Position numbers and translations under genes: made by a program. This document shows positions 50,101 through 64,000 of a DNA stretch of 64,000 nucleotides, in pieces. The notes beneath the pieces were generated by a model that was given only the letters and a program-made list of their open reading frames with translations, was not told the DNA's origin and searched no databases. Position 1 is the first letter of the stretch. Every line of letters starts with the position of its first letter. The stretch is from Lama glama. Its lineage: Eukaryota. The DNA is taken from the NCBI GenBank assembly GCA_028534125.1, contig CM052817.1, positions 19,470,001 through 19,534,000 on the forward strand, in the 5' to 3' direction.

Positions 50101-53100
50101 TAACCTGAATATTATCAACGTATTAAATGTAAGAGTGAGTGAGAAGTATGGAATGACACTCAAACTAAATAAATTTAATGCAATAAAAACATTCTAATGT
50201 TTTAAAATGCATTTTTTTTCTTTGAAGGAGATTTTTCATGAACTTTAATGGAGATGCTAGTTATTACTTCTTCAGCGATTGGGAGAGACACAAATTTCTT
50301 ATTAGGGGTCTAAGAAAATAGTTTTTGTCATGCTTTAATGCTCCAATTTTAAATGTCTAATTGCTTTAATTAGTTTCTTCAAAGCTATATGCATTTAAAA
50401 ATAATAAATTTAAACAGAGTTCACAGTTTTGGAAGAGCTTATACAGTTTCATCGTCAGAAATCAAACATACCCAAAAGCAACTTTGTGAAGTACGTATGT
50501 GTTAATTGGGACATTAGAGAATGAATTTTGCTTGTACTTCTCAGAGATATAAATAGCAAATGACTGTGCGATTCCTAAATACACTGTATTAGAGGGTAGG
50601 TTTACTATTATATCCCTGGCTGGAATTTAAGCATCTTGAGACCTGGAAGCATGCTTTACTCATCTTTAAAATACCAGCATCTGCAAAGGTTATAGTTCCT
50701 ACTAGGCTTTCAATAAATATTTCTTAATAAAAAGAATGGAAAGATACATTTAAAGTATGAAATTAGTTTCTTTAAATTACTTATAAATGGATAATTCGTT
50801 TTTGGTTCAACTAAGTCTTAACCTGCTATGATTTTGTCTATTAAACAGAATGCTGCAGTGAGTTCATGCCATGGTGTACAGAGCAGGTTATAACTTGCTT
50901 TGAATAAAAATCAAAGGTTATGATATTTCTGTAAACCAAATCAGGAAGTGCTTTTTTCCAGAACGTTCAATTCTGTAGCCAATAAGTGTGGTCAGGGTGA
51001 CAATGCTGCTGCTAAAACACAGTGAAATGAAGAGTGAAAGTTGGTAATGTGTCCGCGGTGTCTGTGAGACGTCATCATGTTGTAAGAACACAAGAGCTCT
51101 GCTTGTTCTATTTGTTTGATGTGATTTTAGATCTTCTTTCAAACACATTTCTTTCAAACAAAAATTCTTATGTTTCAAAAGTTTGCCTCTACACCCCGGC
51201 ATCTTGTAGAAGCACTTTGTGATGCTATAGACATAGTGAGCGAGTGTATACTACAAACTGAAAAGGACCTCAAGTCACACAGGAATGACTCAGTATTAAC
51301 TAACCTCATATGAATAGTTACACACCATGGGTTAAATTATGTCCTACTGAAAATGCATATTGCTCTATGTGGCCAAACCCTTATATTTGCATTTTAGGCC
51401 ATAAGTGTACATACTCCAGATAAAGCTAAATTTTTCAAGCTTCAGAAATCACCTCAGTAATCATTTGGACCATGTTAGACTGTACAAAATAGTCTGACTT
51501 AAAATAAAATACATTGTGTGTATATATTTCAGTAAGTACCTTTGTCTATATTTAAAGAATTGTCCGAGTATACATTCAATTGACAGAATTATACACACCT
51601 TTCTACTAGTGTAGATCATTATGTCTTTGCTATAAAAAAGCCAGTCTTTGGATTAAACATATTTTTTTAAACTAGATAAATTTATTGGGCTATCACATAA
51701 AACTCGTAGCAGATATGTCAGTTAATAAAATTACTAACATCATTTATAATCAAGATAAATATATATTTTGATATTATACTTATTATTTCACTGAAAAACC
51801 CACAATGAATAGATTTGAGATCATAGAAGTGAAGTTAATTTAAATTTACCTACACAGTCATCTCTGAAATTTCTATGTGTACCCCTCTTATAAAGGTTAA
51901 TTTTTCTTCCTAATAGTCATTTGTGGGTGGAAATCAATCCTTATGTTTTTGGTTGATATTGATGTCAAATTATTTTATGTGCTGATGAAATTTCTGGAAT
52001 AGATTTCTTTCCGCATCTCTTCCTCACTCATTTTTTCTTTTAAGAGTTACATATAAATCTCACATGTAGTAATACATCCAGGCAGGCAAACGTCCTGACC
52101 AAAGCTAAGTCAGTCCTTGTCCATCCTTCCTTCAATGTCATCGGCAGCCAGAAGGCAAAAAATTATTCAGTGCTTTCTTTGAATCGTATACTAGAATATT
52201 CCCTGAGTTTATACTGAACTAACAATAGATATCAAAAGTTCTCCTTTCCATGGACTTGTAGCTGCATAGTCAGCATTTTATGCTTCTTTGTCTATTTGCT
52301 TTTCTCTGTGGATGACCTTACATTTGAGAACTTTTTTTTCATTTGATGTTCTGTTGTTGTTGTTACATAAAGCTTAGAAGCACACTATGTTCACTATAAT
52401 CTTAGGCAATTAGCTTCATGGATTTATTTCTGTAATTTTGTTGCTAAGAGTCATAGACACAGACAAAGATTGTTCAAATAAATTTTAGCAGCCCTTTCCT
52501 GTGCCTCCAGATACCGTGTTCAAACTCTGACAGATAACCCAGGCAAGCTGCTGCAGTGAGTGAGGATGTGATTTTAGAAGGGCTGTGCAATGAAATTTGT
52601 AGCTGACTTACTCTTCAGCGTTGTTTCTTGCTTAAGGACTTGAAATAAATAGTAGGATCTGATGGGCAATTTTGGAAAATCCATGATACAGAATGCTGTC
52701 GATTTAGGCAGTTTCTTGACCATGGGATTACACATCCAGTGTTCACTAAGAAAAATAAGTCTTTCTCTCTTCCAGTTTTGGCTAACATTTACTGTCAACA
52801 AAAATAATCAAACAAACAAACAAAAAAACAAAAACAAGAAAAAAGGATAGATACATAGCTAAATTTTCTTCCCTTATCCTGGTTAAAAAAAATATACTGT
52901 ATCTTTTGGGTACCCATTCTACACAGAGAATCATCGGAAATCCTTATAAATGTGATGCTGAGGGCAGGATGTCCCCAAATCTTCCACTGTCCTGTGGTTA
53001 ACACTTCCTTTCCCTCTGTACTCCCTCATAAGCCCAGAAACTTAGCATGAGAGTGTTTGGGGAAGGGAGAAGAAAAATCCATTCCATTTTGTAACTTCTA

Positions 53101-54142
53101 AAGCAGGGGTGCTCTTATGGAATTCTCCATCTCACACTTGGTCTCACCCTCGGAGAATGCTGACTGTCTTCCACATCATGTTTGCCCTACTGGACACAAA
53201 GTATGAGGAAGATGGGACTGTGTGCATGGAAACCTACAAAATATTTTGGTGAGCCAGACTGCAGGCAGCAGTCTTTACACACTTTCATGCCCTGTGTCTG
53301 GGCTTCTGACCTCTCACCACTTCCCTCCCTCACAAGGATTATTTCCTTCAACAAAAGTGCATATTCTCAAATCCTAACCACAGACTAGTGACTTCCTAAA
53401 ATAAGTTTATCAAATTAGCGAAAGACTGAGAGACACCCTGTCCTGGCTATTTGTAGTCAAATTCATCTCTTTCTTCCTGGATAGTACAAGGTTGTGCCCT
53501 CAGAAAGGTAAAGTAAAAAAGTCTCTTTATTTATTTGTTTTTGGTCTGATTCTCTGCTTCATCTGTCCTTCACTAGAGCGATGGGTGTACAATTGCCTAT
53601 GTAGTGATAAGGAAGGGTCACGGGCAGGGAGGTCTAGTGGAGGATTTCTCCTTAGTAAATTGATGTCTCTAACCGCCAATTCCCTCAAGGCATTGGGGCC
53701 CATCTCTGATTCACAGCAGGGGGTACAATAAAGGAGCACTACATTTTCCAACAGGCAATGGGCAAAGTCTTAATTTACATCTGTTGTCCTCATGAGTTCT
53801 TCCTTCTGGGCAAAACCAACTTCTTCATGACAGAGAATCTGGAGTGTGTCTATGAATGGCCTTGAAAGCAGGTATGTGGCCCTCAGTCAAATTACTGCTG
53901 GGAAGAAAAATTGTTTCCTTTTCAATCATCATCTAATCTTTACCTTTGTTTTGAAGCTACTGACCCCAAGGTAGAAATATATATTTTTTTACTCTGTATG
54001 AATCTAGAAAATGTCACTCATTACCTAGGTAGAAGGAAGTAAAAATGTGAGCTCTGTGCAAGGAATGTGGAAACTGCTTGTATCCCAATTCTGATTTCGT
54101 CACTGTCTCTCTGACTTTGATTAAATCTCACTTTCTCTACTC

Positions 54143-54700
54143 ATTTCTTCATTCATTCATTCATTCATTCAGATATCTACTGAATGGTTACTACATGCCA
54201 AGCCCTGCTCAGTTTATGAACAGTCCCCAGGCAAAATGTCTGTATGCAGTAACTTAGTGGACAACACAGAATAACATAGATGAAAAATGAATAAAAATTA
54301 GATGACAAAGAGTCCTCTAATCAGGATTTGATAGTGGAGAACAGTAGAGTAAGTACCTGGCTCTGTTGCCCAAGAAAGGAAATGAGATCTTTTCAAAGAA
54401 GTAACGTCCAGCTGAAAATTGAAGAATGACGCAAGCAAGAAAAAGCCAAAGTACAAGGATACATATAGACATCCTTATCTATCGATCTATCGATTTTTCG
54501 ATCTATTAGTCTATCTATATTAAATGTATAGTTCTAGATGTATTCCCAAAGGGACATATTTGGGGAGGAAAATGAGATTAAATTGAAATAATAAAATCCT
54601 GGAATGAGTTTTAGTCACAGTAAGGAATTTTAACTTTATCTTGAATACAATGGAACATCATTATTAGTTTTTTAATACTGAACTGACATATTGATTTTAG
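54143..54700 (-). mobile_element. LINE-2 3' region with (TTCA)n tail
   Basis: (ttca)n at ~54148-54171 then atatctactgaatggttactacatgccaagccctg; taaggaattttaactttatc...aatggaacatcatt. Confidence 0.65.
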
Positions 54701-56049
54701 GAAGAGTTCCTGAAAATCAGGGAGTTGAAGGAGTTCAGAGAAGTAAAACTGTAAAGCTCCACAATTAAATGATTTCTGATCAACACAATTGACATAAAAT
54801 ATGTGATACCACATAACCCAGAGGTGGGCACTATATTCTAAGATAGAAGCATATTATAATATAAAAATCTAATGATAGAGTACAATGCTTTGCACCAGGA
54901 AGTCATTTAATACATGTTTACTGAATTAATGATGAGTGAATAGTTCCAAGAAGGTCTTAGAAACTGCACAGAACAAAACTCATATTTATGTGTAAGAAAT
55001 GAAACACTGAAATATGGTTCTTTATTGTTCTCTGCTTTCTATTTTAAACAATTATTATCTCAAATTTGGGAAAGTATTTTAAAGTGCTGTGAAATTCATT
55101 GAAAACTCCAATGTAAAAGTTTATAAAATAGTATTTAGTTAATTAACATAACTGAATAATCATTTAAACATATTTCAGTGAGGCCACTCTGATATATTCT
55201 TTGAAATAACAGTGATACAGAGAACTTAAAAGAAGGCTATACACAGATACTCTGAATGCAAAGGAAAGTATGTACTTAATTTCCACTTCAGGACAGATGA
55301 ATGCAGGTTGGTTGCAAGGCATTTCAAAAACACATTTCAAAGGAGATAATGTATTTGAATACATTTAATCCAGTACAATGTTAGAAAGTAAAGCTCTGAG
55401 CCTCTCTGAAATAAACTAATATCTTCTTGAAAACAATCTCTTGAAACCTTGGAAGACTACCCCATCACTAAAAAAGAAACATGTCTAAAAAATAAAGGTC
55501 AACCTGGAGAAATTGTCAATTTTCCTCCTGTAAAGTTAAATAAGCTTTTCTTCAGAAGAAGTGGGTTGGGGGGGGGTGACACCAAGGTTGAGTGAATCTC
55601 TATTCTGTCATTCAGATTTCCAGTTGGTTTCTTCAAGCAAGTAATTGCAGAGAAATGAGTTCTTCTCTCAATAGCTAGTAATTTTTCTTACTCTTCAAAC
55701 TATGGCTTTCACATCAGTCCTAGAGGCCTTTAATGCCAGTTACACATCCTCAGACTTTTAACTAGCACTATGGCTCTCAGTCAAAATGCACATGAAGGAG
55801 AATTGGATGACTTTTAGGGCTGAGGATAAGAGCTCAGGGCTTTCTTCTTAGGTGCATCCGCATTATTTTCTCTGACAGATTGCTTTTAGCTTTGTTATAA
55901 AGTTATTTTGTAGCCTTCCTCCTATTTCAGTTATTGATTAAGAAACAAAGCATTTACCCTCCAGATATGAACTTAATTCTAAGTAAGGTGAGTAGCATTA
56001 CAAGTCTGTGTTTTCTGTACTTGCAAATAGTGTTTAGTTCATTCTGTTG

Positions 56050-56607
56050 AAGTCTACAAACTAGGTGTATTTATCAATCACCAGAATCAATCATTTTATT
56101 AATTTATCAGGAAGGACTTACAGTAAGAAGACTAATTATAAGGAATTAGCTCATCTGATCATAATCATAATTCCATAGAATCTGGTTATTCCTGAAATGT
56201 GCAGTCAGGAAGCTGGACACCCAGGAGAGCCTTTTTTTTTTTCCTTTCTCTTTTTTTCTTCTTCTTTTTTTTTTTTTCCAATTCATAGGCCAAAAGTCTA
56301 GAAGCCCTGGAAGAGCTGATATTTCAGTTCAAGTATGAAGGCAGGAAAAAGCCAATGTTCCTGTTCAAATCAGACAGAAAGAATTCTCTCTTCCTCAGGA
56401 AAGTTTCAGCCTTCTTGGGCTATTCAGGCTTTCAAATGACTAGATGAAGCCTATTTCATTATGAGGGGCAATGGGCTTAACTCAGTCTTCCAATTTAAAA
56501 GTCAAACTCATCCACAAACACCCTCACCAAAACACCCAGAATAAGGTTTGACTAAATTTCTGGGCACTCCATGGCCCAGTCAAGTTGACACATAAAATTA
56601 ACCATCA
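56050..56607 (-). mobile_element. MLT2 ERVL LTR
   Basis: Ends ggcccagtcaagttgacacataaaattaaccatca, the reverse complement of the canonical MLT2 start. Confidence 0.85.
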
Positions 56608-56667
56608 TGTTAGGAATAGTATTTCTTTTTTCATGGCTTTAGAGTGAATTACCAGTTAAAATAATTC

Positions 56668-57004
56668 AAAAAACCAAACCAAAACAAACGGACACTATGA
56701 ACTCATCTACAAAACAGAAACAGAGTCAGACATAGTAAACAATTTTATGGTTACCAGGGAAAGGGGGTGGGGAGGGATAAATTTGGCAGTTTGATATTTA
56801 CAAATGTTAGCCACTATATATAAAAATAGATTAAAAGATTGTTTCTTTGGATAGCACAGGGAACTAGGCTCAATATCTTGTAATAACCTTTAATAGAAAA
56901 AAATATGAAAATGAATATATGTATGTATATGCAAGACTGGGACATTGTGCTGAACACCAGAAATTGATACATTGTAATTGACTGTACTTCTATTAAAAAA
57001 AAAA
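56668..57004 (+). mobile_element. Young L1 3'UTR end
   Basis: ggacactatgaactcatctacaaaacagaaacaga...gactgtacttctattaaaaaaaaaa; same family as 37203-37531. Confidence 0.9.
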
Positions 57005-57717
57005 GACAGAAATTAACAACTAAGCTCATCAATTTTTTTCAAAATTAAAAAAAGAAATCATAAATATATATTCTCTATATATAAGTAATAGAGTAATTAT
57101 AATAAAAGTAACATCTAATTCTCCTTCAGTTTTTGAAATGTGCCAAATTTTGAGCTCATAATTTTACATTCACTATTAATTAGGAAACTATACTCACTAA
57201 TCAAAGAAAGATTCACATCCAAAGTAAGTAAAATCCAGATGGAACTGAACATTTTTGGAGCACAGCCAGTTCCCATGTCTTCATTTCCACGTTGCATGCA
57301 GTGTCTAGATTTGGCCCAGAACCTCAGCTGGACTATGGTTTCTATTTATCTGAAACTTGCTAAAATGTGGGAGTTGCTACAATGAGGCAGATCCCTGCTC
57401 ACTGGAAGGAGACTCTTTCAATTATTAATGAAATCCAATAGCAGACAAAAGCCATGCACTCGTATCCAAGCAGGGTCTGGAAAAGTACTTTTGTGTATTT
57501 TACTGAGGATATTCAAGGACGAGGTAAAAGATTGTGCTGGAGAGATGGCTCCTTTTAATTCTGAAATCCCTTCAAATGTAGGAAAACATTTTCTTTTTTG
57601 GTAAAAGTTTAATTCAGATTTTTTTTTCACTCTTTGAAAATACACATTTTTGTAACCTTTCAGAAAATCAATTTGACACTTATATGAGGAGACTTAAAAA
57701 TATATATCACTCTTAAG

Positions 57718-57915
57718 GTCAACTATGGACTTTGGGTAATTATGGCATGTTAATCTAAGACCATCACTGGTTAAAAAAAATGCACCGTCCTGAAGATTGA
57801 TGTTGACAACGGGGGAGGCTTGCAAGTGTGAGGAAAGGATATATGAGAAATCTCTTTACCTTCCTTTCAAATTTGTTCTATACCTAAAACTACTCTTTAA
57901 AAATTCTTTAAAAAA
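57718..57915 (+). mobile_element. L1MC-type 3' end
   Basis: aactatggactttgggtaattatg...gatgttgacaacgggggaggct...gaaatctctttaccttcc...cctaaaactactct. Confidence 0.8.
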
Positions 57916-60900
57916 GTGTAACTATATTGATCCAATAATTTCAGTAATTCCACTTAGAGTTGTATATTTTAAGAAGTAATCAGAGTTAGAGATAAAGATT
58001 TATAAATAAAAATATTCTTTACTAATATATATTTAGTAGATTAAAACATGGCAATAGCCTAAATATTCAATCCTTGGAAATTAATTTAATAAATTATGGA
58101 GTAACTATAAGATGTAATGCCAAAAGCCAAAGATAATATGATTACTTAATGATGTGGAAAATGTTCAAAGATGATGCCCAAGTTGGACAGTTTATTTGCT
58201 CAAGAGAAGTGAAAACACATTTGAAGACTTGTACACAATTATTCATAGCAGTTTTTTGTAATGTCATTTCCACTCCCTCCTCTGGACTGGTATTTTTTCA
58301 TTACATAAATGGATCCTGAATAATGAGTTCATGGAACAGATCTGATGTTAGCAAGGATTTTTAATCGCATGCATAAAATGAAAAAACTTCTCCCACTAAT
58401 GTGTGAAAAATATAGATCATACTCTGCTCAATGAGAGTTCATAAAGCTGTCTTAATGGTAGAGCTGTCCTCCTTTCCTCATTCTGTCAATGATGTTTCAG
58501 AGTAAAAGAGACGTCGAGAGGTGATACCATCAGTGGAAAGATCACCAAACACCCTGCCAGGCCCAATTCCTGCTGGAAGAGGCTGAGTGGGGAGTTCACC
58601 CCTTTGAGGAATCACAATGGCTTGGCATTGCACAAGGAGCTTAAAGATTTTATATAAAATAATTCTTGAGCTTATGTTTGGTGCGCCCTAGCGTGCAGGT
58701 ACCACACGGGCCATTTCTCTTTTTATAGCGTCCTGGGACTCATTTGTCTGGGACTATGGAGACTAAGGACCCTATATTCCCGTGTGCAGGCAGTGGATAA
58801 TCCCTGAAGGGATGGAGTGGCTGCGCCTGTACACTTTGGAGCTGACTCTGTCGGTAGAAGAGTAAAAATGACTGAGTGACCTCCGAGGAGCTTCTTAACC
58901 TTGAACATTTCATTTTCTAAGAGGCAGGGACTACCTAATTAATGAACTCTTGGGACTTTTGAAAGTGTAAATGAGTGGGTAACTTGATAAATCCAATAAA
59001 TTAATTTTTTGTGATGGTGGTAATGACATATTGGCATTTTGCAAAAGCTCATTTGTTAACGACTGGTGAAATCTTAGACATCATTTCTCACTCAAATTTC
59101 CCATCAATATCTCGTCAAATAAAGGCCACAGAAAGTCTGCCAGATGCAAAGTGGCCTTCGTGGAGTGAGTAGATTGCCTTACGAGGTTCTGCTTTAAAGG
59201 AAGTCTTGCTTTTGAATTTGCCTGTACAAAGCTGACATTGTTCAACCTGTTGGTTTAGTGCTCAAATAAAGCACAGAGTTGTGAAAACTCACTCTCTACC
59301 TCTGGAGTTTACAGTAGCTGTTTGGATGGTTACCTGTTCAGGTTCTGCAGTTACCTTAGAAAGAATTGGAGCATCGCAGCGTCAGAACCCACAGTGCAAT
59401 CCCCAAAATACTGAGGTCATTTTTTTTTCCCAGTCTTCATTAACAGATATAAAGGTACAATTCGGATTTTCAGAAAGCAAAGTGAAGTGGTAACAAGATG
59501 CTTTATAGATGAGTGACCCAGCCCTTTTCATAGACTACAGCTGTAGAAATATTACCCACCTCCCCACATTTGAGATTATAACCTATAGATGTAGAGAGTG
59601 TGTGTGTGTGTATTGATAGTAGACTCATACTGAGGAAAGATCATCTAAACTCAATATCTGATGTATCTTCCTTCTAGAACAAAAGAAAAAAATAAATGAG
59701 AGACTTATCGCATAAAGGTTTTCAATCTAACTGGGAAATTCTATTTATTGATATAGAAATTTTGACTTTAGGATGAAAATAATTTATGTATTTCACAATA
59801 GAAAAATTTGGAATAAAAAATATGGGTTGTTGAATAATATCACTTTAGTTTCTTGTTTCTGCTTCTGAATGGTTCTTTCTCTAAAGAGCATGGATAGCCC
59901 TACCACAAAGATAGCTCAGAAGTGTGAAAGTGATTTGAAGATAGTAAATAAAATGAAAATCTGTAATTTTCTCTTTTAATTACATGGAAAAAGAAAGGGC
60001 ACATGATGATTCCAACTGAATGAAAAAGAAAGCCTTATAACTCATATTTTTTTAAAGTCTGACTGCAAAGATCTATGATATTTGCATATGAATTCCCTTC
60101 AACTTGCAAGATCTCAGTTTGTAAAGTAAACTAGGAATAGAAAGAAACAGTGAAAAACCTTGCTTCTCAAAAAATGTTCTCTTTTTATAAAATGACTTTT
60201 ATAATATTTTTAAGAGGACACTATTACTGTCTGAGCTATTGTTTGAAGAAGTCCACTGAAAATCTATTATTTAAAATTGAGGACTTTGGGACTGTATTGT
60301 ACTTTCTGCTTCATGGATAATACGACTCTTTCCTTTATCCGATATTCTTTTCAGTGAGAGACAGTTTACATTTATTACATGTAAGTTTCAATTGCAGTTC
60401 AGAAAACGTGTTCTTTTAACAGCCCTTGTTTCTGAATAAAAACCCTTTTAAGGTGTCCTCGCTGGGCTGTACCTCTGTAGACTTTCTTTCCTTTCACAAA
60501 ATGAGCAATATATATTATGAAGAAGAATTATATTTTTGGCTTCTTGTTCATTTTACCATATTTTTCATTTGTGTATATGAAAGGTGTGCCCCTCTTTCCT
60601 AGTTAATACAGTAAGAAAATAAAAGCTACAAACATCAATACAGGGCAAAAATAACCTTATTTTCTATATACTATGGAGTTGACCTGAACACTCCATTAAA
60701 TAATTTCTTAAGGAAAGCAATTATCTCAAGCAAACAGCACAATGATTTTGAATGGTCTTAGTGGGAGATTAGAAATAAGCATAAATCATATCTTTGTACC
60801 TATATATTTACCTCATGAAATCTAATAACTTCAATTATCAGGATTTTCCTAATGTTCTTTTCTAAATTTGTCATACATGAAATATGAAGTATTTAATAAT

Positions 60901-61457
60901 TTCTTTTTAGCCCCAAAACTAACTTTAGGATTATTAAAGGATACAGGTTAAGTGATTTCTAATATGGAATAACTCATATTGAAAACAATGTAACGAACAT
61001 AGGAGGCATGTAGTCATGCAAGCATTCTGACAGTTTATATATATTTTGGTCTGAACCATTGTTTTCTGTAAAATTTAAGAAAAATCCTACTATTTGAATT
61101 TTTGGCCAAGTGATTATTGGTAAAGTGTTTGGTACAATAATAACACTGATTCAACCACAGTTTTGTTTTCAAATATGTTTAATGTGATGATTGTAACAGT
61201 TTTGATGAAAATGAAAAGGTAGGGTATCAAAGTGTAATGAGCATCAGTTTCTCAGGCAGAAGCATCTGTGTATATTTTCCACTTCTGCTGATGCAAAGTT
61301 GTACAATATTAGCAAACTTAACTTCTATAAACCTCATGTTTTAAGTGGACAGAATAATGCCTACTTCTCATTATTGTTGTGATGACTTAATGAGTTAGAT
61401 GATGGGTATAAAGTGTACTACCTGCTCCCAGAAGATATAAAAAGGATGATGATTATT

Positions 61458-61890
61458 TGTCACAGAGACATGTTAGCTCTTTGTCAAATTCAGTTTTCTT
61501 CCTTTTAGGCAAATAGATAGACAACATTTTCCAGCCTCCCTTGCATTATGGGGTGACTGTGTCGCAGAGGTCCAGCAAACGGAAAGCAAGCAGAAGTGAC
61601 ATGCATTTCTTCCAGGCTTGGCACATGGAGACCCCCACACGGAGACCCCCTACATGGGATTTTCCATATTCTTCCTCATGCCATCAGCTTATGTAGACAA
61701 ACTATGTGCTGAAGGTGGGAGAGGTATGAGATAAAAGAATTTGGGGTCCCTCAATCACCAGCTAGGGAAGAAAACTGCTCAAAAGCACCCATTTTGGATT
61801 ACAAGTTAAAAATAAAATACCATATATTGCACATTATCTATTTTTGTGCCTTTTTTTTTGTTAGAGTAGCTAGTGTTACCTTAACTGAAT
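61458..61890 (+). mobile_element. Old MaLR LTR (MLT1I/J-like)
   Basis: acattttccagcctcccttgca...agcagaagtgacatgcatttcttccaggcttgg; end tttgttagagtagctagtgttaccttaactga. Confidence 0.7.
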
Positions 61891-64000
61891 GTGTTGTTAT
61901 TAACAGTGCTATTTACTCTTTTCAACATGTCAATAGAAAATAAAGAGTGGAATATGAATTATCATTTATAGCACAAATGCCATGCTGCCAAGTGCCACAT
62001 CCCAGATTCTCCGTAGACTATATTCCATATCATATCTTTATTAAAGAGAATTAGTAACAAGCAAAACTAATTTTGGTTAACAAAGTGGAAAGCCAACTTT
62101 TAGTGCAATGATATTAAGTAACTCAAAGAGTCAGCCGAGGCAGCCTGGCGAACCAATGTCAGAATATAGAAAGACACCAAGTGAAAAATATGTGACGATG
62201 GGTGTCTTTACCCTGTAGACAGTCTGAAGGGGATTCTGTCCTTGGCTGTGTGCGATGAGGTGCTTCATCATTCAGGGGACACTGACGCTCCTGCTGGACA
62301 TCATCCCTCCGAACTGTTACAAGGCTTCTGTCACTAACACTAGATCCAGAGCCCCCTGGGAACCCCTGGTTGACTGAGTCAGTGCCACGGTCCAGTGCAT
62401 CGATTCACAGTTGTTGAGGAGAGAGAGTTCTGGCCCCCTTCAGCTTTGCGAGTAGAAGGCAGAGGCTTCTCCTTCCACACATTCACATATTTGAAATTTT
62501 TTAAAGTAAAAAGGCAGTTGGGGTTCTAGTAGAACAAAATCAAACTCAAAAGAATGCTGCAGGTCACTATTTTGAACTCTAAATATTTACATACATCATT
62601 TCTCCTCTTTCGTTCCCCCAAATACGCTCTGTCCTAACTAACTCTGGGGTAATGAGACCTGGACTCACCTTCCCTCCACAGGGGGACACACAAGGTTTCC
62701 ATCAATATTTACAACCACATCCAGGAAATCTTTATTTTTGGCAACTTATAATCAAAAATCTTAAAGGTTAATTCCACCAATGCTTCTCCCAGTTGATGTT
62801 GGGAGAGGAGGGAGGAAAATAATGGAAATCAGTTGGAGACTACATTCCTCCTTCTACAACTAGTCAATTAGCCAAAGTCGATTAGCTCCTCTGCTGTCTG
62901 TTTCACATTTTCTTTCCTGCCAGCCATCACTTCAACTGGTTGAGAGACTCCTTAATGCACTTTATATTCAAAATCTGTATTCCCTGGGAATATGTGACTT
63001 TAGAAGCCCTACCTGAGTGTGTGCTCTGGTCATCCATTAGCTTCTCTCACTCAGTGTGGAGGGATCAGGAAGCATTGAGCGGGTTTGTTAATATACTCAT
63101 CTTTGATTCGTAGCATAGATCCTAATTCACTTTAACATTGCAAGGTTTTTTTTTTTCCCCCAAAGCCCATGGACCATGGTGCTAGCAGAGGCATTCCAAG
63201 TAAAATGGACTTAAGCATCTATCCCATCAGAGATGAATTACTCCTCTTCCATGTCTGAAGAGGTCTAATATAATACATATGCACCTGTCGTCATTATGGT
63301 CCTAATAAGTAATATTTACACCGTGTACCAGGCACTGATCCAATACCCTATTCAGTGGGGGATTGCAGTCGTCTCCATTATACACTTTTGGACTCACACT
63401 GGAGAGTGAAATCGTTTGCTACTGCTGACAATTAGCATCAGTTTTGTACTTCAAACAACAGGCGAGTCAGTCTAGCCTTACTAAGGAGAGGATTATCGTT
63501 GAATCTGTTCATAGTCCGTCTCCCTTTCCCCCCATTGTGGCCCTTTTTGCTATCAATTTCACTGAGAAAATGTTAGGTTTGCTGACTCACATCCCCAGGA
63601 CAGTTTAAGTTGTTGCATCTGGTAAGTAAGTTTCTGTGTTGGTTAGAGCTAATGGTGAATATTCGCAAATGATGCATGTTCTTACTCTCTGGCCCCATTC
63701 CAAAAGGACCTTCTATGAAATCTTCCCCAAAACTTCTTCTTATTAATAATTCATTCTTGGTCCTGCAAAGCCCTTGGTTATTTTTATAAAAATTAACCTC
63801 CCTTCACAAATTGCTGTAGATTCTAACATATCAATTTTCTTCCTGGAAAAGTGAAAAAAAACCCAAAAAAACAAAAACCCCCCAAAAAACCAAGATGTAC
63901 TTCTTGCTACTCAGCCCATGAGAAGTTTCAACAGTTCTGTTTTCTTTCTAGGGTATTTCTGAATGCTACTGAACTACGTTAGCTACTGTTTGCTCTGCAC

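Noticed and set aside
50918..51202. 94-aa minus-strand ORF
   Set aside because: No recognisable homology or exon structure; length compatible with chance
61626..61655. Short tandem duplication ggagacccc x2 (also caagtaatttta x2 near 40239-40263)
   Set aside because: Ordinary slippage-type microduplications in or next to old repeats
1..64000. Scattered TTCNNNGAA motifs as a STAT-site cluster
   Set aside because: Only six fixed, AT-rich positions; many are expected by chance in 64 kb, and I see no clear enrichment

Overview
AT-rich mammalian genomic DNA, probably camelid. The inference rests on three short tRNA-derived SINEs with the GGGGAGGGTATAGCTCAGTGGTAGAG...GTCCTGGGTTCAATCCCCAGTACCTCC head typical of Tylopoda SINEs, plus young lineage-specific L1 3' ends. 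I find no supportable protein-coding gene, functional RNA gene, CRISPR array or prokaryotic feature. The only ORFs I recognise are broken LINE-1 ORF2 fragments. The window looks like intergenic DNA or a large intron filled with layered repeats: ancient L2/MIR/MER5/MER20/MLT/ERVL LTRs, several ERV1-type solo LTRs clustered in the first 22 kb, a ~3.2 kb L1 remnant, young L1 3' ends, SINEs and microsatellites. The more interesting details are a twin-primed (5'-inverted) L1, nested insertions with visible target-site duplications, a perfect 14-bp-arm palindrome centred on a STAT-type motif, several CpG-retaining non-repeat islands (candidate enhancers), and a repeat strand bias hinting at a minus-strand host transcript. 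I did not find a convincing novel biological system. Repeat family names come from recalled consensus resemblance, not a database search, and most repeat boundaries are approximate.
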